DNA of 64,000 nucleotides from Vermamoeba vermiformis (lineage: Eukaryota), in contig JBEWZL010000048.1 in the NCBI GenBank assembly GCA_045837725.1, forward strand, positions 62,001 to 126,000, written 5' to 3'. Both the position numbers and the translations under genes were made by a program. Below are positions 42,932-54,521 of this stretch, piece by piece. The notes below the pieces were generated by a model that was not told the origin of the DNA, made no database searches, and saw only the letters and a list, made by a program, of their open reading frames with translations. Within the stretch, counting starts at the first letter, position 1; every line of letters starts with the position of its first letter.

Positions 42932-44553
42932 ATGTATCCTTATTACCAAGCAAGGGATCCTAACTACCCTCCTTATGATCCGAATATGCAACCGGGTTAT
43001 CCTCCTCAACCTGGATTTCAACCCGGATACCCACCTCAACAACCCGGCTATCCGCAACAACCAGGTTATCCACCTCAACAAGGATACCCTCCCCAACAAC
43101 CTTATAATGCAGCACAGCCTGGCTATCCACCACAACAAGGGTACCCGCCTCAACAACCCTACGCGCAACCCGGATACCCTCCTCAACAACCAATGGCTGG
43201 CGGATACGCTCAATATACAGACCCTCGATACCAAAATATGTACAATAATATACCACCCTCAATGCCCTTGCAGCCTTTGAATGGAAAGAAAAAAGCCGTT
43301 TTAATTGGCATTAATTGTAAGTTCATGCTAATACGTTAATTTCGCATAATAACGCGCTCCATTATTTTTAAATTATTTTTTGAAATTATTATTATAAAAA
43401 TAGAAAATCAGAATTCAATTTTAATTTTCTTAAAAGACTTCGGGACCTCATCTGCCTTGAAAGGATGCATTAACGACGTAAAAAACGTTGCTGTAAGTAA
43501 CACCTCATATTGCGATCGTCATAATAATATTTTTGAAGCAACTTCTCATGACTTACGGATTTCAATTCGATCTCATTCACTGCTTGACCGACGATCAACA
43601 AGAACCATTTTGGAAGCCTTACAAAGCTAATATTTTAAGGTACTATAAATAGCACCTCCGCTACGTGCAATATAATTTACCCGATCCTTACAGAGAAGTT
43701 GAATGGCTCGCGTTCAATGCTCAGCCAGGCGACAGTTTATTCTTCATGTTTTCAGGCCACGGCGGTCAAGTACGCTAATACTAATGACGTAGTATAATTA
43801 CTACAGTATAGCTAATTTTATAACCGTTAAGGTGAAAGACAGAGACGGTGATGAAGAAGACGGCTATGATGAGACTATTTGCCCGTTAGATTATCAACAA
43901 AGTAATATTATTAATATGCAACTGATACATACGACGGTATTAATTGTTAATTGTATTTTTAGACGGATCTATTGTCGACGATATTTTGCACGATAAATTA
44001 GTCAAGCCATTGCCACAAGGTTGCAGATTGACCGCACTGATGGATTGCTGTCACAGCGGCACTGGATTGGACTTGCCTTATGTAGTCACTGACGATGATG
44101 AGCGAAACAGATACAATCAGGACTTCAGGTACGCGAGATTGATATTCAAACTATACTTGCCTAATATGGAAATAAAGTCTTGCTAATCTCACTTTCTAGA
44201 ATGATGAGCCCTTCAGCAGCGCGTATTGCCCAATCAAAGACCTCGCAAGGCGACGTGATCTTGTTCAGTGGTTGTCAAGACGATCAATGCTCCGCTGACA
44301 GTTCGTTCGGTCGAGAGCCACAAGGAGCAATGACGTACTCGCTGTTGAATGTGTTGAAGTCACATCCGAGTGTCAGTTATAAGGAGATGTTGAGAAAGAT
44401 GAGAGCCGCGCTGAGAGCGTCAACTACGAAATTCAGTCAGGTAAGTACAGATGCGTTAGATCTACGATTAGATTTGTCCTAACGTACGTGCTCTAGGTCC
44501 CGCAAATGTCTACTGGCAAGCCATTCGATGTCAATGCACCATTTGCGATTTAA
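42932..44553 (+). CDS. Type I metacaspase with Pro/Gln/Tyr-rich prodomain
   Basis: [24 protein letters not shown] (catalytic His), [18 protein letters not shown] (catalytic Cys), [17 protein letters not shown]. Confidence 0.95.
42985..43195 (+). repeat. Coding (Q)PGYPPQQ repeats of the metacaspase prodomain
   Basis: Seen directly in the translation. Confidence 0.85.
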
Positions 44554-44809
44554 AACTTTAATATTTGTACCACCACAAAACATCTTGTAGAATATTTTTC
44601 GGAATAAATGTTTGTTTGCAATTGCACAGCACCATCGAATGAATATTAGTGCCTGGTGGTTGGTAGCACTCACGGTCCAAAACAGATTGCGGGTCTCCAC
44701 GTGATCATTCAAATTTTTCATGAACGGACCATTTTTTCATGCACGAAGCCACAAAAACTCAATTCAAGTTGACTTTACAAGTAACACAAACACAACTCAC
44801 TAAAACATC

Positions 44810-46278
44810 ATGGAAGCCTGGCACAAATTGTTAGAGACCACCACTGTCAAGTCGGTGATCTCGGAGAAGAGACGTGATCTTATTTCTATCCCTAGCCGCG
44901 GAAACGTCTCGGATGCCCTTAGAGTACGTGACTGGGATGGCGTTTTATAGTATAAGACCACTCCTAATTAATTTACTTTTAGCTTATGGAATTGGAAAAC
45001 ATTTTGTCTTTGCCCGTCATTGACCACGACGTAAACAAATTTATTGGTTTTATTGACGTATTGGATATTGCTGGTAAGGTTTGAAAAGATCAAAATAAAT
45101 TGTGTTGATTGAGAATTTTAAAAATTAATTTTGATCTCATCTAGGTTATGTTTTGGCTTTGTGGCGAAAGATTTCGCCTGAATTAGACGAAAAACGATTC
45201 CCTGCTGATATGTATATGAACCACAGCGTTTCTGAAGTATTGAGTAAGTGACACCACCGAAAAAAACTTTTCGCAAGAAAGATCCGGATCAACAAACAAA
45301 TTCAAAATCAGCACCGGTGCATGTAATATTTTGCTTTTTCCATGCATCTTCTGCGCAATTATTACCCAAGATAAGCTCTACGAAATTTCTATTGTTTTTA
45401 ATGAACCCAAATCGTGCGACGTGTTTTAGTCCCGTCTATATTAATTGTTAGCCAATACAATATAATTAATTATTATTTTAATGCAGATTTCTCGCACTGG
45501 AACTATCCCGTCTTTATTTCAGAAAATGCTTCGATGCGCGAACTTTTGGCAATGCTCAACGAGCCCAAATATCACCAACGATTGCACCGCGTAGCAGTTG
45601 TTAGAGACAACAAGGTCGTTAATGTCATCAGCCAGTCTGACATCTTAGGATTCGTCTACGAGAACGTTAAATTGATTCCAGACATCTTGGTAAGCAATAA
45701 TTTTTAGGTTTTGTTCCCGAGCTTAAAATTGACGCTCGTCTTCGCTGATAGGCCAACAAGACTTTGGAAGAGCTCAAGTTTGTTAGACCCTTGATCTACG
45801 TCAGAATCGATAGCCCCTTCGTTGACGCTCTCGAGATCTTGTACAAAAACAAAATCAGTGGTTTGGCTTTGGTCGATAATGAATTCCACTTGCGTGGTAA
45901 CTTCAGTGCTAGTGACTTGAGAGTAAGCAGCTCAGAAATATCGATTATTTTGGTACGATTGTAACGTATTCCTGTTAGGGCATGTCACCCACCTCATTCC
46001 ATTACTTCAACGGCTCTGTCTTGATGTTTTTGGCTAAGGGCACGCACTCGGTAAGTGGCGTAACTACGCGATAAAGAGTACGTGAAGCTGATATCCTCTG
46101 TCATTAGACTGGCTCTCGTCCCTCACTGGACACTCCTCCCACCACTACTCTGCGCGAGGCTATTCTTTCCTTGAAGAGAAACAAAATCCACCGAATCTAC
46201 GTCGCAGATCAAAGCGACAGACCACTTGGTTTGGTTACCATCAGCGACATCATCTCCGTTCTGAACGTACTCCCTTAA
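44810..46278 (+). CDS. CBS-domain protein (4 CBS repeats; AMPK-gamma/SDS23-like)
   Basis: NILSLPVID...FIGFIDVLDI; LHRVAVV...VVNVISQSDIL; ISGLALVD...GNFSASDLR; IHRIYV...GLVTISDII. Confidence 0.85.
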
Positions 46279-46407
46279 GCAGCCAATCTTTTTAACCATG
46301 TTCATAGCCACATATTAATATAAAGCCGATTTACAAGGCATAAGTGCAACGAGGCTTGTCTGCTGATCGGACTGCACCCAAAAAAATTGAAGCGACGGAT
46401 AAGGCAA

Positions 46408-46480
46408 GCCGCGATAGCTCAGTTGGGAGAGCGTTAGACTGAAGATCTAGAGGCCCCCGGTTCAATCCCGGGTCGCGGCA
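46408..46480 (+). tRNA. tRNA-Phe (GAA), intergenic
   Basis: Identical 73-nt sequence to the copy at 35823-35895, followed by TTTCTTTTTT. Confidence 0.97.
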
Positions 46481-46817
46481 TTTCTTTTTTGCTTTTCTAA
46501 CCGCGTCGAGCTGCGCAAAGTGGTCCAACCCAGTCTTTTTTTTTTGTAGGTGCTTGACTACGCTTATCCTAGCGTCGATATTCTCCTATCCCAAGTTCTT
46601 CTTGGAATTGACAGATCCACTTAGGGCTGTGGTTTCAAAGCCCGATTTGTACCTTCTTTCATAAGACATACTCTAAACTGTTTGGAACCTTTAATTTATT
46701 GTCGAGATCTCGCTGGTGGTAAAGCATCAAGGGACCATTAACTTGATCACGAATCTGTTTCGACTATCTACAAAATGTACAAAGAAAAGTTTTGCAGCAA
46801 TGGCCCACATGAGTTAT

Positions 46818-47759
46818 TTACAGGATGTTCCATTTGCCGGTCTTACGATAGGAGGTCAAGACGCGGTGGCAGGTACGCCTAACTTTCAGATCTTCGTCAT
46901 TGTGTAGGTCTATTGAAAGATTATTAAAAAATTGAGGGTTATAGTCGATATTAATTACCTTCTAGAGCACGAATAATATCGTCTTCACGTTCCTTAGGGC
47001 TTCCGTCGCACAAGTTGTGTAAGACTTGATATCTGACGTTAGCTAATTACAAGAATAATTAATAACTGCTAACACAATAATTATTGCTTTAGATGGTCGA
47101 ACTTACGATCAGGATCGGAGGTCATTTCGATAATTCTGTTCCAGAAGGCCGGTACGTTTCGTTTAACGTGACAGGGACACAGATCTCTCAGGGCAATCTT
47201 GCGCGCAACAGGATCGGGGTTCCTAGTGTAGTCAATGAACTCTTCGATGGAGACGCAAGCCTCTTTTTCGACTTGATCTCGACCATCCTTAAGACCACGG
47301 ATAACAACTTCGTAGGTGTTGCCATATTTAGGATTAACGGCCTCGAAGGGGTTAGCGGTATCAGCTGTAAAATCGAGCGATTAGAAACTGTGGAAATTTA
47401 AAAATAAAAATTCAATTTAGAAAAAAAATTAAAAAATAAATTTGCGTTTCGCTGCATTGATACATACTTCGTAAGGAGTTACCAATGGTAATCGGAGCGT
47501 CCAATTTCTTTACAGCTTCACGTTTCTCTGCTTTTTCGAAACCGAGAGCTTCCATCAGCTTATCGACAACGGCTTCCGTTTTAGCCTTATCCTTGTTGTT
47601 GTCGTACTCGTTCAAATAGTCCTTGAGTGTTTCTTCGATCTCTTCACGAGTGGAAGTCAGATCGGTCACAACTTCAACCAAGTAATCAATAATAGTATCG
47701 TCGTCAATTTGATCTCTCACATGATCCGATATAACTTGTTTGATTTTGATGTTCGACAT
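46818..47759 (-). CDS. PWI-like N-terminal domain plus HEAT-repeat protein with an LCPCH motif
   Basis: IDDDTIIDYLVEVV...; DPVARKIALRDLCPCHVK; D.NVRYQVLHNLCDGSP; DEDLKVRRTCHRVLTSYRKTGKWNIL*. Confidence 0.7.
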
Positions 47760-48369
47760 ATTGTGTTATGTTTTTGTGTTTTTGATTGAATGACAACGAT
47801 GTTGTGCGTGGGTATAAATCATACCCCATTCTTTTATTTTTCGCAGTCTCGCAAACAGGCATGTCCGTTATGAGAAACGATGACAAAGCAACCAAAAATA
47901 TCTCGTTCAAAGAAATATCCTAAAAATAAGTATCGCCTTCTTGGTTAGCTTCGTGCGAGGCGAAACTGGGATGGCCACATCTGCTATCCAGTTTGTCGTT
48001 CTTCTAATATTTTATTTTGCCACAGATAAATTTATTTTGCGACGCAGGAACCCGGGAGCGAGACGTTTAATGATGAGATATTTTAAGCAAATTAATTTAC
48101 CAAAACAAATCTCATTTTCAAGTCTGGACTCTAGTTCAATACCGAGTTTGGCCAGCCGTTACTAATAATTTTATCCTTCCAAATTGACTAATTGCAAATA
48201 GTGTTCTGTTTTTGTCCTTATCGTTCAAGCAATGATCCATCTGAGCCATTTTTAGCAACGGCTGAACGAAGCACAACAGATAGTCTCACCAAAAGCCAAT
48301 TGAATTTGTCCAAGCTTTGCTAGCTTTGTCGCCTCATTGTGCATTACTTTGTGAGCTAAGTCGTTACAA

Positions 48370-51300
48370 ATGGACTTTGCTGCTGCATACGTACAAGAAA
48401 AAGATCTGCTCGACGAACTACTCGGTGACGAAGGTTAGTAATAAACTTGCAATATTTACCTAAATTCATTTAAATGACGCGTCTGTTTCTCAGATCCAAA
48501 GGACATCTACAAGAAGACGGGCTACGACGAGGGTGATAGCTACGATAATGATAAAGTAAAAAGTCTGTACTGTTACAATGACGAAGAAGCAGACAATTAC
48601 GACGATGTTGAAGATGGCTATGGTATAGGTTACTCATCCGACGAAGCTGAAGTAGAAGATCTGGTCTCGATTCATTCTGGCGGCTACTCCGACCATTTTA
48701 TTGCTGAAGAAGATGTTGAAGAAGGCGATATCAAGACGAAATTTATGGAACCTGAAGAAGAATTGCCGGTACAAAGCGTAAAATCAACTTTAACTCTAGG
48801 GTAATTTATTTTAAATTATAAGAAACGAGCTAATATTTAATTAATATTTTAGAAATTCTGGAGTCACTAGAAGCACTTCTAGAACAGTTTCGGTCCCGGT
48901 AGTTAATAAAAATGAGGATGAAAATAATAGGCACCAAAAGAAAGATTGGAATAAGAACTTTCAAACTATTCTCGGTGAAGAAGAGAGCGAATATAAATAT
49001 CAACGATTATCGCAAATCGCGCATGAATTTAGTAAGTACAACGCATTTCAATAATTTTCTGAATGGTGTACCTACTCAACAGCCTACTAACTGTCATGCT
49101 TAGTATTTGTTGCTGAGACTTATGGCAAGGTCATTATTAGCGAGATCAACGTCCCAGTGGAACAAAAAACTATTCGACCGATCTCGATCGGAGGTCAAGC
49201 TGGAGGAGAAAAATACATCGCGCAAGGAATTCTATTCAAATATCCTTTAACTATATTTACTATTAGTATTAACTTATCAAATCATAACCATCCTTAACTT
49301 TGGTACATTTGCGTTGGATGTCAGCAACCTTTACGGCGGAAATGACGAGTATGCTCAGAAGGCTGCTGGTCATGACTTAAAAGGTCTCATCCACTACAGC
49401 TTGGCGAATATTCCTGGCCTGCACTTCCCTTTGATGGCGCTGATCCACTACATGGGCTATTGTTTGATTGCTGTATGTACACTCCTGCCGCTTTTAGATT
49501 ATCGATACTAAGTACTATATAGATGTCATTACTTCCTATAGGCAAAGATTCGCTTAAAGTAAGTCCTAATCTAACCGAGCAAATCATATCTAACGGATGC
49601 TTAGTACGGTTCTGCGGATGCAGGCAAAACAATGCACTTTGACATTCCAGCAATTAACGAGGTAATAAAATCTACCTATTACGATAAAAACTCACTCTTG
49701 GGGGTAGAAAATGAAAGCAGCAGGAGAGGCACTTAATTTGAAAGGACATATCGCGGGACTTTCTAAATACCAAAAGCATTTGTGCTATGCACCGGGAGAT
49801 ATCGAGTGTCATTTGGGAAAGGTAATATACATTGCACCCATTTATGAAAAAGGCTTACGCGATCTAGGATGGTCGTTTTTATGTTCTCGACTTTGCTCGT
49901 ACGTTCCCTCCGGAGGCTGTTTTGAAGGACTCCCAGTAAGTTTGTATTGTTAATAACGCTCCTCGTACTAACGAATCGTATTATAGTGCTGAGAAGGGTC
50001 AAATTTTGTTCAAGTTACTTCGTCCTGAACTCGTGAGAAGAAATAAAGTGCCGCTGTCATCCGATGCCTTCACTGGTATGACAACGCGTTTGTAGTGATG
50101 AAATTATTAACGTGTTGTAATAGGCTTTGGCATGAGCGACCCTCTGCACAAGACACACAACAAAGAAGTGACTGAGGCAACCGAGCGATTGTTTACCGAA
50201 ATTATTCCGGAGTTCGCTAAAAGAGCAAAGGACACGATAGTCGATCCTGCAAAATACCTCTCTGCCCTTGACGGCAATCTCGTTAAGGAAATCCACAAAG
50301 AAGGTAAGCGCGCATTTCAATTCCGACTCACATACTCATTCCCGATTAGGCATTAATGTGCGTCACTTGGGCCTCGTAAGGCGACTCTTTGGTTTGGACT
50401 ATAAAGGCCATAGTCAATGTTTGATTGAGATGGTATTTCACTTCATTAAACGTACTGTCACTCACTTCAACGATAGGTTGCACGAGCAATCAAGAACAAG
50501 TTAAAGCGACAGTGGCGAGCCATTACCAAAGTCAATCAATACATCACTGAAGAACAGTGCAAACAAGTCACCGTAGTGTTGTTGAATAAGCTCTACTCGG
50601 ACTCAGAAGATTCGACGACTTTTTGGACCGAGAAGATGCCAAAATATCTGAAAAAGAAGTTCCGATATTCTTTATTTGCTTCTGAAAAGGGAACCGATCT
50701 TAGAAACTCGTTCAATGACAATTCATTTGCTGCTTTAACTTTGTTGAAGAGAATTCAGCAAATTACTGGTACGAATTTCGAGCTAACGCTTGAACATTCA
50801 CTCACTGATAGTTTTTTTTAATAGGAATTTTGCTGTCATCTAGTGCTGGAAATGATTTTAAGGGCTTTAATTCGATTACGTTCGTTCACTCTGACATCGA
50901 AAGAATTCAACCCGTCGTCAAAAATATGCACATCATTGGTAAGTATCAACCTCTGATAGCTGAAAATAGTACTAAGCGATGATATAGATGTGGCCGATAC
51001 TCAATTACTATTGTGGAATGGTATCCAGAGCGTTGGTCGAGAGTCCGAACGAATTTTCTCGCTTGCCCTGGAAAAGATTGAACAGAACAGCTTTTTAATC
51101 GTAAGGAATTGATCTTAAACGTCGCATTGTCTAACGTGAACCAGACTTTGCAAGTCACCAAAATGCTTAAGATCGCCTACCAGTTGTATCAGAAGGCCAA
51201 AAAAGATATTGTACGTAAAAAAGTTCAAGTCCGTGGACAAGTACCCTAAGCTTTTTACTTTTTAGAGATCGATCTCTATGAACTTGGCGAGCAAACTACT

Positions 51301-53348
51301 GGACGCGATTATTCGATTGCAACCGAACACTGAAACTGCATATATTTTGTATGCTAAGCTGCGGTACTTAGAACACGCAAGTAGCCTTGTCCTTGAAAAA
51401 CTGCAAGAGGTAAACTAAGACACATGGGTGGTTATAAGGTGGTAATTATTAATGTGGTTTATATCACAGGGATTGGACATCCTTCCTGAATCGCCATTAT
51501 TGCACTGCGAGTACCTCAAAAAAGCCGTGCAAGACTTGTACAAAGTGCAATTATACAATATCGACGACAAGTACTTGGCTGCGCAAAAGGGTCACTTCGA
51601 AATGGCGTGCAAAGAAGGCTTTTTAACTGGAATCGCGGAGGCGTATTACGGCGCAATGTTGCTGCTGGTCGGCAATGAAGAGCAACAAAATGAAGCTGTT
51701 GAGAGACTAAAAGTAAGTTCGTGACCGCTACGTCTACACGCTAAATGTTTCCACAGCGCGCAGAATCGGCAATGCCTCAAAAATTCACGTCAGTGTTGAA
51801 GTTGATAGCAGCGAGATTTGCCATGCACAGACGCTTCGCACGCATGTAAGACTAATTAATTAAAGAAAATAATAGTACTTACTTCTAATTTCAGGGCAAA
51901 ACCATTCCATCTTTTAACCCGGATTCAGCCGATATTATCTCCCAAACACTACAGCGAGTTCGACTCTATAACAGAGGTAGCAGCGATTGACACCTTGAAC
52001 GATGCCGCCCTGTGTATTCTCGCTAAAGTACTTCAACATTTGAGTGACGTCCACTTGAGCAAGTAAGGACAGACGGATTGTCATAGAAGTGCTAATTCTT
52101 TTATTCATGAACAGGAGCGAAACACTCTCCAGCGCGACGATTGTTGAATTGCTACAACACAGATTGAGCTCGTTGAATCGATTGGTGTTGGAGGGATTTG
52201 ATGACTTGCCAGCGACGTTCATTGCCACTCTGACCCTGTGCAAATCGTTAAAGGCTCTTGAACTGATGGGCACTAACACGACGCTAGCTGAAGTCTGTCA
52301 GGTACTGGAGCACATTCAACTCAACGTGCTTCACATCCCCGGTATGTCGCTCGTACTAGCGAAGGCCTGCGACTGACTGATTTATTTCCAGGAATAAGAG
52401 AGCTGAACCCGAGCAATTTGTCAACAGTATTGTCCTTCAAGAACATCAGGGACCTGAATATCGCCAAAGCTGATCTGACAAAAGAAGAGTTGACCAACGT
52501 GCTTGATAACGCAAATGTGTCTCGTTTGTTTTTGGACGGCATTCAAACGCTGGATCTGGACATGATGAAGAATTATTTTGCGCGAAACAAGGAACTGGTG
52601 TGCTTTTCAGTGCAAGGCTGTCCCATTCCTGAAATGGAAGTCATCAAATCGTTCATTACCTTAGGCCACGAGAAGTTGCAAGTGTTGATCTTGCCTTCTG
52701 GTCGAAGTCAGCTCTTCTCGGGCGAGCACACTTGGAATGCAACAGTTTACACGCACAAATTCCCTAACGGCAGTCGCGTTGAAATTAAATTAACAGCCAT
52801 AGACCAGGTACGCCATTAAATTGTTATTTGTAAACTGTACTAACTGATGCCTTATCTTCCATAGGACCCAGCGTTCCATAATTTTATCGTCATTTCCATT
52901 GGATCTCTCGCTGGAGCTGTTAACGGCACGGTCAAGCAAAGCGACAAAGAACAGTTGTTGTCATTCGCTGAAACTACACTTACGCGCACCATAACGTTCC
53001 AGGCCGGCGATGAACGATACAACATCGCTCACATGGTATCAACTCAGCAGCCCAAGCTGGTGTACAATGGTAAGACCGGTTGTAAGCCATCTGTGTTTCC
53101 GTGCTGATCCACTTTTGTTTGTAGGCATTTCCGAATATTACTCACCAAATTTAACCAACTACGTGTGTTACGGACTAAACGTAAGCTCTTGTCGTCATTT
53201 ATTGCATTTGAACTAATCACTGTCGTTACAAAAGGTCTTCCCGCAGTTCGCGACCACAGGAATGATCAGAGTACCGCCAAAGACCGACATATCGTTCTTG
53301 CTTCCCATCGTGACTGTTTTTATGCTCAAGAGAAAAGCTACTATTTAA
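48370..53348 (+). CDS. Clu (clustered-mitochondria) domain protein with TPR-like and LRR-like C-terminal regions
   Basis: FVAETYGKVIISE, GGQAGGEKY..QGILFKFALD, AQKAAGHDLKGL, PLMALIHYMG, GDIECHLG.DGRFYVLDFARTFPPE, KLLRPELV, IHKEGINVRHLG. Confidence 0.85.
49240..49306 (+). other. U12-type AT-AC intron (67 nt)
   Basis: 5' ATATCCTTT, branch site TCCTTAAC at 49291-49298, 3' AC. Removal restores the in-frame GILFK-FALD motif. Confidence 0.92.
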
Positions 53349-53418
53349 ATTTGATAAAATCAATAAAGGTTGATCCTGTTTTTGTACGATCCGCAAAATT
53401 TTTATTACTTCCAACCAA

Positions 53419-54069
53419 ATGAGCAACATAACAGACGATGAACTATTGTCGCGATTTAAGAAATTAACAGAGAATGATAAGAATATAGCAAAGCCTGTCC
53501 CCACTGAAGAAGAGCTGCACGACAGATTGAACCATCTCTCTGACGGACAATGGCACGTCATTCACCATTTGAAGCCAAATATTAATAAAATAGAACGACA
53601 AAAAACAGAGCAAGAAGAGATCGATGAATTATTGAATAAGGTTGCAGACGAAACTACGATCGAGGAATCAGGAAAACAGAAAATTTCAGATGACGAATTG
53701 TACAAGCGATTTTATCATTTGGTCGAGACTAGTGCCTCTCCGCTACAAGAAAAACGATCAGAAAATAATGAGCCGATGATTGAAAGCGAACATGAGCAGA
53801 TTGAGCAAGTGGTCAAACAGATGAAAGAAATGGCTGAGCTTGAAAAGAAAGAAAAAGAGCAAAAAAAATTAAATAAGCAAAACAAGGCGAAAGAGAATCC
53901 CACTGAAGACATTGAAGGAACAGAAATGAAGCGTAGAAGGAAAAAGAAAAAAATGAAGATCCAGATTGAAGTTTCTGACTCTGGTTCAGAAGGCTCAGCT
54001 GAAGAAGATGAAACTACGGAAAGCGATAGTGATTGTTCCGTAAGTAGCCTGTCTTCCGATGATTATTAA
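53419..54069 (+). CDS. Hypothetical charged/coiled-coil protein with repeated D/E-E-L-x-x-R-F/L motifs
   Basis: Uninterrupted 216-aa ORF; DDELLSRF, EEELHDRL and DDELYKRF resemble ESCRT-III-type C-terminal motifs. Confidence 0.6.
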   Translation: MSNITDDELLSRFKKLTENDKNIAKPVPTEEELHDRLNHLSDGQWHVIHHLKPNINKIERQKTEQEEIDELLNKVADETTIEESGKQKISDDELYKRFYHLVETSASPLQEKRSENNEPMIESEHEQIEQVVKQMKEMAELEKKEKEQKKLNKQNKAKENPTEDIEGTEMKRRRKKKKMKIQIEVSDSGSEGSAEEDETTESDSDCSVSSLSSDDY

Positions 54070-54521
54070 GACGTGAGCCTGGTTTGTACATAAATCCACC
54101 CTTGTAAATAATAAAATTGCTGCGTAACGCTTGCAGACTTTACTATACTATCCATTTGTTATTATTGCTAAATATAGACCATAGTGTCATACTTTGAAGT
54201 GTTCTTGAAAAATGTTTGACTTAGATGCTTTGTCACGCGGAACATTTTTTCTGTATTATCTTCTTTTGCTCCCTCAGCTCAACACTTCTCATATTTATAT
54301 AAACAGTTTTTCAACTGCTTTATATTTATCTCCCCCTAATCAGTTGTTACCCCCACTTTACGTCGTCAGTTTTAATCTTCATCCAACGTAAGAATATATC
54401 TGATTATGCTGCGTTTAAACAATTTTCACTATAAATATAGCAAAAATATAATGATCCCCGCGATACGGCTATATTTGTAATTATTACGAAATATGAATGA
54501 AAATAACGAAAACTTTTCCAG

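Noticed and set aside
42933-42942. GTATCCTT resembling a U12 donor
   Set aside because: It is the metacaspase start (ATG TAT CCT TAT) in an open frame, with no U12 branch site downstream.
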